Assembly (NCBI GenBank): GCA_964187785.1
Contig: OZ076409.1
Span: 47,308,001 to 47,372,000, forward strand
Origin: Amphiscolops sp. MND2022
Lineage: Eukaryota
DNA length: 64,000 nt
Direction: 5' to 3'
Below, one piece after another: positions 49,651 to 61,170 of the stretch (its first letter is position 1; each line of letters starts with the position of its first letter). The position numbers and the translations under genes are program-made. Below the pieces are notes generated by a model that was not told the DNA's origin, did no database searches, and saw only the letters and a program-made list of their open reading frames with translations.

Positions 49651-52600
49651 TGTAGCAGAAACCGGTAAAATGAGTCTTTTTGCTTAATTGTCCTTGTTTG
49701 GTGTTTGGAGCCCCTGCGCCCCAGCTTTTTAGCTGTGTGGTTTGCATTCCGATGTGTGCTTTGATGTAATTTTGCTGGATTTAGCCGCTTGAACTAGCGC
49801 TAGCGCTAGTTTGTGCAATTTTAGATCTTATTCCCCGTTTTAGATATTATTCCGATATCAGATGGAAGATGAAAATTTACACTGTTCATTGTTGGCATTG
49901 TTTTTAAAGGCTGTCTAAACGGTGGTCCCAGGCAAAGGGCCGAGACGGATGCCCGTTATTCTCAGCAGTTACAGACTGGGACCAGGCCAGAAAGCGTCCT
50001 ACAAGACGGTTCCCCCACCTTGGGACTGGCTCCTTCGGAGGGAAAATGAGCCAGGGCCGCGGAGATCTAGGTCCCGGATCCTATTCGCTGCTTTGGTTCC
50101 TCCACTTTAAGTTGCGGTTCAAGCGCCAGCGCTTATCGTTACATAGAAACTCCTTTTTTGGCGACCACAGAGGGATCGTCTTGGGAGGCTTTCCCTAGCG
50201 GTTTTTAAAAGATCTGGCCCCCTGGTGTTTGACGCCAAGAACGATTGGACTCTGGAAGGAGACGTTTACCCAGAGCTTTCCCACACTTTTTAGATATTAT
50301 GATGTTATATTTTGGTGTTTTTCCATTCTTTCAGGGGATTTTTCCGAGTACCTTTGGTATGTTTTGATAACAGGTACTTGTTGACAGATATCGTCTAAAA
50401 TTGCAAGGTTCCCATCAACGGGTCCTCTTTTTAGAAGCGTAGTGAACAGTAGCACGTCGCTACTGGTGTTTAACAGGTTTTTCTAGCTGTTTTCAGTGAT
50501 TTGCGCTTATGTACGAGAGGTGAAATTGATGGTTGAACCACAATCCATCCGATCGATAGATGAGCCGAAACGAGTGTTCCCGACTCACCTCTCTCATTTC
50601 TCCTACAGATGTCATAGAAGGATGGGATTTGGTGGAAAGGTAGAACAAGTGCTGACGTTGCCGACGGTGCAAACCGTTTTTCTCTGGCTGGTCTGGATGT
50701 TGAGAAAAAAGACGGCGAAGGTACCACCAGTTGTTGTAACGACAACCAGAAAGGCCGTTGGAGACCTTTTTGAGACACATTTTGCATGAAAAAACCCGGT
50801 TTTTGGCGAAATTGGCAAAAAACCACTATGAAATGCCACTGGGAGAGAACTGGATTGTGATGTAATTGCCTCTTCCGTGATGCCTCTTCCGTTCCTTTTT
50901 CAAGGGGGGGAAGGGCACCAGTGTAGCCCAGCCAGTCGATGAACCAGTTATGGAGGTGGAAAACGGTTCCCATATGGTAGGTGAACATGACCGGTCGACG
51001 AAGTTAGAGGATCTGAAGTTTCGGAAGGAGAAACTGCTAGCGCGAACGCTAGCACAAATGCAATCGATAAATGCAGAAGTGCAGGCACACCTCAGAAATG
51101 CCGATATCAATGTTTCAAACGACGTCAAATCAGAACCATTGACACCGCCAACAAAAGACATGGGGGTAGACCCAATATCTTTGGACACTACAACCATGGG
51201 TATTGCTGAAACTTTGCTTGAATATCACGCCGGTGATAATGGGTTGCGCGAGCGCAACCTCTACTCAAGTGATACGAAGAATGAACGAATATCTATCTCA
51301 TCCTCCATTTCCTTATCGCAGGATTCTTTAAGCAACTCTGACTTCCCTGGAACAAAGTCCCTAATATCAACTACGAAGTTGCTACCGAGTTTGCTGAAAG
51401 ACTCCTTTGAGCCACATTTTGCTAAAGGTGGGCTACGGGATTTTATTCATGTGGACCCGCCAGTCTTTATCAATTGGTTGCCTGGTGGTTTAGCTAAAAC
51501 TCGACCAACTGGTCATAGCCGTGGTCGACCACCGCGCACAGACTTTGAGCAATCATGGCAAAAAATTTTGTTGTCCCTTTATGATGGACGTCGCCGTGGC
51601 CGTCCACCACGCCAAGTTCTACCATGGTCGCTTCGACCGAAGGGACATAGGCGTGGCCGTCCTCCGAACAACTATTCCAGTCTTGAGACAGACCCAGTCT
51701 CCACAGTTTTCTTTATCGGATTTCCTGATGCTTCATGCTTGTTGCATGTCCTGCTGCTATTGGATGGTGATGTCTACACAGCAATGACTTCGATATGGTC
51801 CATATCAACCCAGTATCGATGGAAACGGACGGTACAGATCAAGCGTTCGCAGCAGTTGGTGTACCCACAACTGTCGTCCCGTAAACAACAGCGGGTGCTA
51901 CTGCTCTAGCACAAACTCTAACGTCACTTATACCTCCAGAAACTACCTTGCCAGTCCCCGTACCATCAACATCGGCCGTTTCCTAACAATTGCGTTTTGT
52001 TCAAGCAACCGGGACTTCCTCACACGTCCCACAGCTGCCTAAAATATTGTCAGCCAATTGCCCCAACAGTTTTACCACGGACACCGCGGACAAGTATATC
52101 TACCAACCCGGTTGCTCCCAAAACGGTCAGCAACGTACCATCGATACCTGTTACCAATGAGGAAACTTTGTATTATGTTCCACCGGCGACTCTTAGTACC
52201 CCCATTGTCTAAACTGCCACAACGCAGCCAACAACGTCCTTTAGTCCGACAGGAACCACGTCAATACCGCAACCAAGTACAACAAATTTTCCCTTTCAAG
52301 GTCTTATTCTTTTGTTAGCTTCAACCAAGAAAGATCACGCGCCCATTCGGAAGTTAGCACAATACAGTGGCGAACAGTTGCAATGACACGTGCGGTTTAT
52401 CCAATTCAAAGGGCGCTATCTATTTGGCACCCTTAACTGACGATGTCAAGCAAACATTCCTGAAGACCCCCGTAACAGGGAAAGCCAAGACGGCCATTTC
52501 TAAATTCGCTTACTGTGGAGCGACGTATAACTACGCTCAAAAGACTTGTAAAAATCCAAAACACTTGTAAAAATGCTTACCTGTAAAAATACAAAAAAAG

Positions 52601-55600
52601 TGAGAGCATCATCAGTTTCTTGGCGACCATATGGTTTATGCTCGGTTTCCTCCGATCACTAAGTTACCTTCCAGATCTCTCCTGTGCATCACTGCTGGGA
52701 CAAGCGGTGCAAAAGGTTTCACCGAACATTGAAGAAGCATAATCGATGCACACGGTGGAGCGAGCATTGGATAGACCAACACTTATTGATGTCAACAATT
52801 GGCTAAAGATAAGGCAGAAGCGCATGAGCGCAAGAAGTCTGCGTCGCTAAAGCCCAAAACTGAGGATAGTACCATCACATCAACAACCAAAAAAAAAGGT
52901 TTCTAAAATATTTCCATCGACAGCCTCGTCTAGCCAATAAAAATTGAATTCCTCGGGTAAAACTGAACAATTGACAGACGGTGCCGCCTGTAAAATCAAT
53001 CATCCATAATGGAGATGTCCAGTTTCCAGGAAAAAGACACCCACAGAGATAGAAAAACTTGTGGCTGGCAGCAAGTTTTGTTTTCATGCTTCCTACCCAA
53101 TCCTAGTTCCAAGAGAGTTCACTGTCCGCAAGTGTACAAAGGATACATGCGGAAGCACACACAACTCCTTTTTGCACAGAGTCGAGCAGATTTTCCCAAA
53201 GAATACATACTGTCAGTAGCAACTAAGCGAAACCCGAAATATCTGGTTGCATTCGCACATCGACGAACAGCGAGAAAACAGAAGAAAGCTCAGGCATGCA
53301 CTCTGTCACATATATGTGAATGGGTTATTACAAGTAACGGAAGTCCAACTTCAAGCACATGGTAAGTCGGAAAGGGTTCTATCGCTGTGTGATTCTGCCT
53401 GTAGCCATTATTGGGTATCCGCGAATCTGGCCAAAAGGTTGAACTTTTATGGTAAACCAACACAACTAACGTTCACGGGATTATTTCTAACCAAGTTCTT
53501 GACATACAAATTGTAGCGCGAGAGTTGACACCCGTTCATTCACGTGGTTCTTGCTCGCCGTTTGGCGAATAACTGTACGTCAGGGAGGCACTTATTGTTG
53601 GATCTGACTTCATAGATGTCGAAATGCTGAAAAGTAAAAACCCACACCTCGAACCAATTGGTCTGAAAAAGTACAGTTACGCTGATGCTGAAATGGTCCT
53701 CGATCAAGATGTGTTTCACTAAATCCGCCCGCTGGAGTAGTCCGTCCTTCCGACTGCAAGTAAACTCCAGTTGCCGTCCGTTTATCATTGGGCTGGATTT
53801 TGAGGGTGCCACTACCGTCAATCTCGGGGTTCTATTCAGCTTAATTCAAAGCTGTTACATTTGACAGTGTATTGGATACTGAACTTGTTGACCAACTACG
53901 TAGCAAGTAAATCAGCGCCAATGATATTTGAACAAACAGTGGGAATGTTGTTGGCTGGTACAGAAGTAGTTTGCCGAATAAGTACTTTTCTGTCTTGGTA
54001 CAGCTAAAATCATTAAAACCACGCTTCAGCAGAGACCCAAGTTGAGAAAACACTACAAAAAAATAATTCAAGATGAGTTGGATGAGAAGTACATGGAGAA
54101 AATTAACAGAATAGAGCATTCCAAAGTTGACAAACCCTGAAAGAGGTGTTTGCCTCACTACCCAGTTGTCCACTCATAAAAACATTACAAGAACCGCGGA
54201 GTTTCGAACACAGCAGCAAAATTTCACGGTCAATCTCTGATAAACGCCTTGTTAACGGTACCGGACTTGCTGAAAAATTCACTGCACTTTTTGATCTGTT
54301 TTTGACAGTTCAAGTATGGATCCTCGGGAACTAGAGAATACTCAATGTAGACTTACCTACTTTGTGCTGCAAGAGTTTTTTCTACGGAGAAGTCGAATCT
54401 GTTGAAAAAGTCCCTACTCAGCAGTAATTTTAAAATCTTCCACTTCACCCCTTCATCCCTTTCACCAGCCACAGGGTCTCTCACGAGCAATCGGTCGAAC
54501 GAAACATCTCGAAGTGTCTGATTTCATAACCAAACATCCAGCTCTACGTGATAGCCAACATACTGTTATCCGTTTTTATACGGAACATCGCCATCAAACA
54601 CACAGCCATCAAAGGGTGGACTAACTGGAGGCGTTAGCACGGAAACAGTTCGCTATTGTTAAAATTAAGGCAACCATGCGGACAGTAGTTTCGGAATGTG
54701 TTTTATGTCGGAAGCGACGATCTGATACACTCAATCCGATGATAGCAGATCTTTCCCGCTAAAAACTAGCTTACAGGAAACTCATTTCACCAGCACTAGC
54801 ATGGTCTTCTTTGGGCCTATCTACGTTTCTGTTAAAAGGGCAATAGAGAAACGATGGTTTCATTTTCACCTGTCTAACTAGAGCCGTTCATTTTGAAGTT
54901 GTCCCATAGATGGATACCAGTAGTTGAGTGAAAAGAAAAGAAGGTTTCACTGCCCGCCGAGGACCCCCATCGGTTTTGTGGTCTGACATTGGAATAAGTT
55001 TCATTGCCAGTGTATAAGAATTCTTACAAAATTTATCAGGCAGGAACCAACAGGCAATGTCGAAAACAATGGTGAAAAAGCGCATCCAATGGAAAAAAAT
55101 TATTCCAGTGCTCTCCACCACGCAGGTGTTTGGAAACTTCTTGTTAGGTTTTTAAACACGTCTTCTACGCGACTCTCGGTGACCAACGATTAACTAATGA
55201 GATTCTGGGAACAACTTTCTGTTTAGTCGAGCAGAGTTTAAACCCCTACCCATGTGTGCCCGTAAGTTCAGACGCTACTGCTTTCAATGCTCTGACCCCT
55301 AACCACTTCTTGTTTGAAACAGCGAGTTCCTTGATGCCATCCCACCAACGAGCCGATATTGACCACCGTAAGCACTACGTCCGTGCTGAAGCGTACTCCG
55401 ATGGTTTTTGAGAACGCTGGATGAGAGAATACGTTCCTTCACCTAATTAATGGTCAGAGTAGTCGGCGCCACCAGAGCGAGATCTCATCATCGAAAACTT
55501 CGTCTAGGTTTCTGAACGAGTCCACGAGGACATTACCCACTGGCACGAGTGGTTGTTGAACTACGGAAGAGATTCAGTCGCACGCTCTGCAGAACTAAAA

Positions 55601-55690
55601 ACAACAACAGGAAACCTGGTTCGACCCAACGTACGTCAAACTCGCACCAGTTCTCTGCCTTCCGGTTCTCCCGATCTTCAGTAATCTTAA
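49651..55690 (+). mobile_element. Decayed, internally deleted BEL/Pao LTR retrotransposon
   Basis: PBS-like TTTTGGCGACCAC near 50155; protease LCDSACS (about 53385); RT start remnant (about 54150-54300); integrase motifs FFGP..V, TRAVHFEVV, LTPNHFL, RWMREYVP, RGHYPLARV and RSAELKT. The 5' boundary is tentative and no 3' LTR was seen. Confidence 0.85.
50950..51909 (+). pseudogene. BEL/Pao Gag N-terminal region with three RGRPP motifs
   Basis: 319-codon open frame in the sense of the element, between the PBS and protease. Confidence 0.55.
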
Positions 55691-58600
55691 ACATTTCGTT
55701 TTTGTTCCTCTCGTAAGCCTACCCTATCGAAAAACACCATCTTGGTGTATATGGAAACATCATGTAGTCAGAGCTTTGGGGCAAAGGTTTAAAAAGTTCA
55801 TTTTCAGGTCTAAACGATTAATTCCACATCTTCTTGGGCACGAGGATGTTGCGTAATAAAATAAAAGCTTGTTTGCGATTTTTATTTCGGCAAACTGTAA
55901 AAACGTTGAAATAATTTTCTTTTCAAGCTTCACAAAAAAATCTTCCAAGCTATCTCGAAACTTTGCTCACCAATACTAGGTGAACCGAAAAAATACGAAC
56001 GTACAATGTTTTTCACCTCTTCAAAAGCGTAATAGTTGTAAACAAGACACTGAAAAACGTTCACTTTCTCTGTCAATCATCCTCTCATTACGCAATTTAG
56101 TTTTCAACAATGAATGATCCGAACCTTCAGAAAAAGTCTAGACAAATTTACCAGTCATTTCATTCACACTTCTGATGTGTGACAAATTATTAGGTTGGTA
56201 GAAAAGACAAGCTGAATCACAATGTTCAGAGTTGTTTTGAAACATTTGTTTACAAATATTTGGACTTTTGAGAGCTTCAAAATTTTTTATGCGTTCCGTT
56301 TTTTTGGTTCACCTAGTATTTGTAAACAATGTTAAATTTTTGTCGATGCTGCTATTATTCCTAATATGCTCTAATCATTTGCGGACAAAAAAAGAAACGA
56401 CGTACAAAACATTCTTGACTATTCTTTTTGAAACTAACTGTATTAGCTGTAGTGAGAACTACAATTGCTTTACTGTGGAAAAAAAAAACAGAGAAACTTC
56501 ATTTGTACTACCTTATGAAAACACCATTCTCCCAAGATATCAATCTATGAAACACTCCTTGTTACGACTGGTGTTCGGGTCGTTTTGTGTTGAATTTATC
56601 CTAACAAGTTTAGTAGGGGTGTAAAAACTTCTAGTGTCATTTTCTATTTCTTCCTCGACATTTTCCCTAACGTTTCCCCTTGTTTCAGGTTTTAAGAGTT
56701 TCAACATTTCTCTCTGGGAGTCGATGAGGAGATTCTTAATTTCAGACGTTATTTCTTCCTTCAACGAGGCTCTCAAGCTTTCTAAGAAACTATTTTCCAC
56801 CCTTGAAGATTTTGGTTCTGACGGGCCTGCGTCGTCAACATCCTGGTTTGGAAGACAAGGGTTCCTTATTTCTACCGGTGAAATAAAACCTTCACTTACA
56901 TTCTCATTGCTCTCCTGTTGGATGTTTCTTCTCTTTTGACTTCTTGTTGTAGACATGTTGAAGAAAAGATTTATCTTGAAGAATTGATTTTTCTTTTGAA
57001 GAAGTTTTCTAACAAAGTTAGGCAAAGATTTGGTGAAATTGAAAATTCAAACTGAATTACACAATTACAAAAGACTGAGTCCCTGAGTTAGCGAAAATCA
57101 TCCTATATATACCCTCCTGGCATCATTTGATCACGATTAAAACCCTAATTTCCTTCGAACAATTAGTCACTTCCTGTATTTTCGATGAAAAATCATTTTG
57201 TTCCCAATTTTACGTCGACATTTCGTCAATTTTTGAGACACGGCAATTCCAATCTAGCATTAGTCATCAACCATGATCATATCATTTCAGCTCGGCGTCC
57301 TTTTGCTTTCCTCCCAAGCAGGAAGTAGATATTACTTCAGTCTGTCAAACCGGAAATATTTCCCTGTTTTACTGACTTGGTTCGCGGGAAAAATGACGCT
57401 GAGATGACGCTGACGTGAACAACTAATACTCAATTTGGAAATCAACTCGATGAATTGTGATGACTAATTTCAAATTAAGGTTATTTCAACGATGCTAAGA
57501 AAAGGCTTTGAAATAATTTGGGACGCAATCTTTTGGTTAAAATTAAATTTATAGTCCTCAACAAACTAGATGCAAATGTATGCCCCAACTCTGGCTTGTC
57601 GCGGCGAGTGCGACAAGGTTACAAATTAAATTTAACAGAACAAAACTTTAAACATCAACTCTAAACTGCATTGTAAAATGAGCTTGCATTGGCATTAACA
57701 ATCTCATTTGGAGGAATAACATTTAGTTTTAATAACATTAACAGGTACAAAACCTTTCGAGTATAAATATAAGGCAACGCAATGGCATCGTCTTGTAGAA
57801 TGGATTGATGAATTTATGGTACAAAAGTTTATCCAACAACGGCTTCATGACACAGATCACAGCAAATATATAAAAATACCTCAGGTAGTAAAATATCGAC
57901 ATTCGTTTAGTGTTAGGAAATAAACCATGACTTTTGTTCTATTAGAAGCGGAAAAATTCTCCTTTTAAGCTAGTCCCTAAGTGATTCTGATCTAGTCATA
58001 ATTTACCCGACAAAATGCAGGTGTATCCTTGTATTTTTCCCATTTTAACCTAAAATGAGCGCATCGTTTACATTAAATCCGTTACAATCATCGCGCATCA
58101 TGTTATTTTGGATGGATGAAAACAGTTATTTTGATGGATTTGCGACAACATAACGACAAGTTTCTTAGCTAACTTGGCAGCTTGCCAAGTTTGACGAGTA
58201 GCTGACGCATATTCTAGAATGAATTTCTGACTAGCTACCAAGTAAGACGAAGTGCTGACGTCACAATTTGGAATGAAATTCTGGTTAGCTGCCTAGTTAG
58301 TGACGTCATAGCGACGAGTAATTTGGATTAATTCTAGTTAGTTAACTAGTCAACGACGTGTCAATGACGTCATTACAAATATTGAAAATTGCATGTACCA
58401 CCAACATTTGTTTGTTCAGCAACGCGGTACCGTCCTATTCTGCATTGATTGCTGTTCAGAGTGCAATTAAGCTGCCTTTCTTAGAAAGGCGTAAATAATT
58501 CAGCGTGCCGTCTCAAAGTATTTCCTATTTTAGTTCTTATTGATGTTCTTTTCTGATAGACTGTTTTGGATATTTTCCATCTAGATCGGATTCTGGCTTT

Positions 58601-58793
58601 TATTCTAAGGTGTATTCTTAATTAAGTTTTCAGGTGGCGAATGTTTTTAATTTGACGAGACAAGAACGTCTTGCCGGAAATGTGTGAAATCATTTTTGCT
58701 CATTTTAATTTCTGTTTTCCATTTTCATTTTGTAGTTTGCGCAACGCTGACGTATATTTTAGTCACAGTTTATTAAGTTTCAAATTTAACGAG

Positions 58794-59507
58794 TTACCAT
58801 CTCGGGAATCTGAGGTTGCAGCCATGTCCTCGTCCTATTTTCATCCGACGACAGCCACACGCCAGACCGGGAGCGGGCTGTGACAGGGCCACTCCTCTGG
58901 GGAAAACAGCTCCCCCAGGTTGTCTCATCATGAAGTTCGTTGTGAGGGGACCTGGATAGTGAACTGCTGTCGAGTGGGTGAAGCTTGGGTCTTCTAAGTC
59001 ATTCAGCGGGCTTATGGGCCGGAAACTGATCTTCTTTGGCGTTCCAGGAGGTGTGCTGAAGTATGAGCCTGAGTCCTCTTGGTGTATTTTTTCGATATAC
59101 TCTGCTACTCTGCTGCTTGTTATCGATTGGGCTGACTCTGTTGATTCTTCCACTACAAATACATCGGAACTCATGCTCTCATCGGGACTTTCTGGGCTGT
59201 CTGGCAGGTCTTCTTTCCGAACTCTTATAGAGTCCTGTTGCGGGGCGTGCGTCTCTGATTCAATTGATTCCAGGCTGGAACTAAGCCTTAGACTTTTGCA
59301 GCTTGACTCAAGGGAATCCGTTGAGATGTCGAAGCATTCCTCTTCGTCCGCTGTGGCTTCATTCGACGAGTGTGACATCTGTAGTATTATTCTATAGTTG
59401 GGGACAATTTTGCGAGGAATGGGCGTCGAAGCGCGTTCCAAAATTCCCTCCTCGTCTTCGCTTGAAGATATATCGATGAGTTCATAGACGTTCTTGAGTC
59501 CATTCAT
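58794..59507 (-). CDS. Accessory ORF of element 3 (237 aa, Ser/acidic, SIM-like LIDISSSEDEE)
   Basis: Uninterrupted ATG-to-stop ORF in the element's sense orientation, downstream of the pol remnant. No signal peptide or TM segment visible. Confidence 0.65.
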   Translation of the reverse strand: MNGLKNVYELIDISSSEDEEGILERASTPIPRKIVPNYRIILQMSHSSNEATADEEECFDISTDSLESSCKSLRLSSSLESIESETHAPQQDSIRVRKEDLPDSPESPDESMSSDVFVVEESTESAQSITSSRVAEYIEKIHQEDSGSYFSTPPGTPKKISFRPISPLNDLEDPSFTHSTAVHYPGPLTTNFMMRQPGGAVFPRGVALSQPAPGLACGCRRMKIGRGHGCNLRFPRW

Positions 59508-60579
59508 TTTTGTAGCTATTGTTAAGTCTGTAGTCTTCGGTGTTGCTGTATTCTACTTGTTGACTGTTCCACAATGAACTTAGGATTATTTTGGGATTAA
59601 GGCGAATTTCAGGATAAATCCCTCTATTCTGATTGGTTAAACAATCGTTTTAATCCTTTTTAATCCTTTCCGATCAACAAGTGTTGACGTTTTGATAACG
59701 TCGTGTTTTTATTGGCTGCAAATTAAATTAATCCGCTTTAGCCAAACTTGTCAACGTTATGCTGACGTCATTTTCGCTAGCTTAGCTAACTTTTGTTTTG
59801 TCACCGTTATGATGACGTCATTTTAGATTATAGGATTAATAATCCAGTAACCTTTTTGTCGACGTTATGCCGACGTCGATTTCGCTGATTTTCCAATCAA
59901 CTTTTTGGTGCTGACGTTATGCCAGCGTCAATTTCGTTGGTGGTTTGCCAACTTTAAGTTTGTCACCGTTATGATGACGTCAATTTGGCTGTTGTTTTCA
60001 TCCTCGTTCTGTTTTCAGATTCACTGCTGTTTGTGATGGACGGTGATCAAGTTTCGTCCCGCCATGATCCCGGAGCCCAGAGTGGCAATGAGACAAACTT
60101 CGTCTTTTCGGAGACTGATGTGCGTCACAGCGACGCTGATGAGGTTCGGCGAGTAGTTACTGGTGAGTTCATCATTTCTCAATCCATTAAGCTTTTATGG
60201 ATAGTATGTTGATTACAGTTAGGCCTTTTCTGCATCACACTTCCATAGCTTAGATTTTCTGGCGCGCCGATATTCGAAATGATGTTTTAGTGCCACCTCC
60301 TGTACAGGAAGCCTGTTTGCCAGCTTCTGGTTCTACTGCTGATACCTTGGCTGTTGATCAGTCTGCTGATGATGTTCTCTTAGTTGACCCGCCAGGGGGT
60401 CAAGTTGCTGCCGAAGACACTGAAACCGAAGGGCTCGACGTTCCCTTGTCGCAGCTGTTGCCTGACCTTAAGTCCTTTCCTGCTGGGGGTGTTCCTTCTG
60501 AGGCTGCGACTGTAGCTGTTCCATCTCACGGAGGTGAGATTGCTTGTCCCCCCAGAGAAAAGAAGGTAGTTGGAGGGGA

Positions 60580-61170
60580 TGGAATGTCTGCAGTGGCTAT
60601 TGGCTGCTCTAGTTGTGCGTTTGCGCATTCAATTTTGAAAGGAGGTTGGGGGTATTCTTTTATGACACAGCTATCGGTATTCATCTTGATGGCATTATAG
60701 TCTGACCATGACATGGCATTGATGAACGCACCTGAGTCGACAAGTCCGTCCATAGTGATTTCTCCAAATTCAAGCGGTAGATAGAGCATTCTTCGCTTTT
60801 TCTTGAGGACTATATTCGAGTGGAGAGGTAAGTACGTCTCTCCGTCCTTTTCAGTGACATACTCCTTAATAGAGTTAAGAGATGCGGGGAAATCTTCCGG
60901 GAAGATAGGTACTTGGGTGGAGCCGTGAGTATCTTCCTTTGTCAGTGGTGACGATGGTTGGTCTTCATGGTCCTCATCTGGTGTTTGCTCTTTTTCGGTT
61001 TGTATGAGGGGTCTTCGTATGGAGGCGAGTGCCTGACGTCTCAGCCAGTCCTCTGTTGGAGTTCCATCGCATTCTATTGTTGTATCTGTTGTGTACGTCG
61101 TAGGGGGATCGTTCGTTAAGTACGCCCTCGCGTCTACTGTTTCCCCGAAGCGCAGGCGCGGCGTAATTAG
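60580..61170 (-). pseudogene. Truncated pol (aspartic protease only) of element 3
   Basis: LYLPLEFG...GLVDSGAFIN...FKIECAN..LEQPIATADI, then an abrupt switch to low-complexity sequence. Confidence 0.85.
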
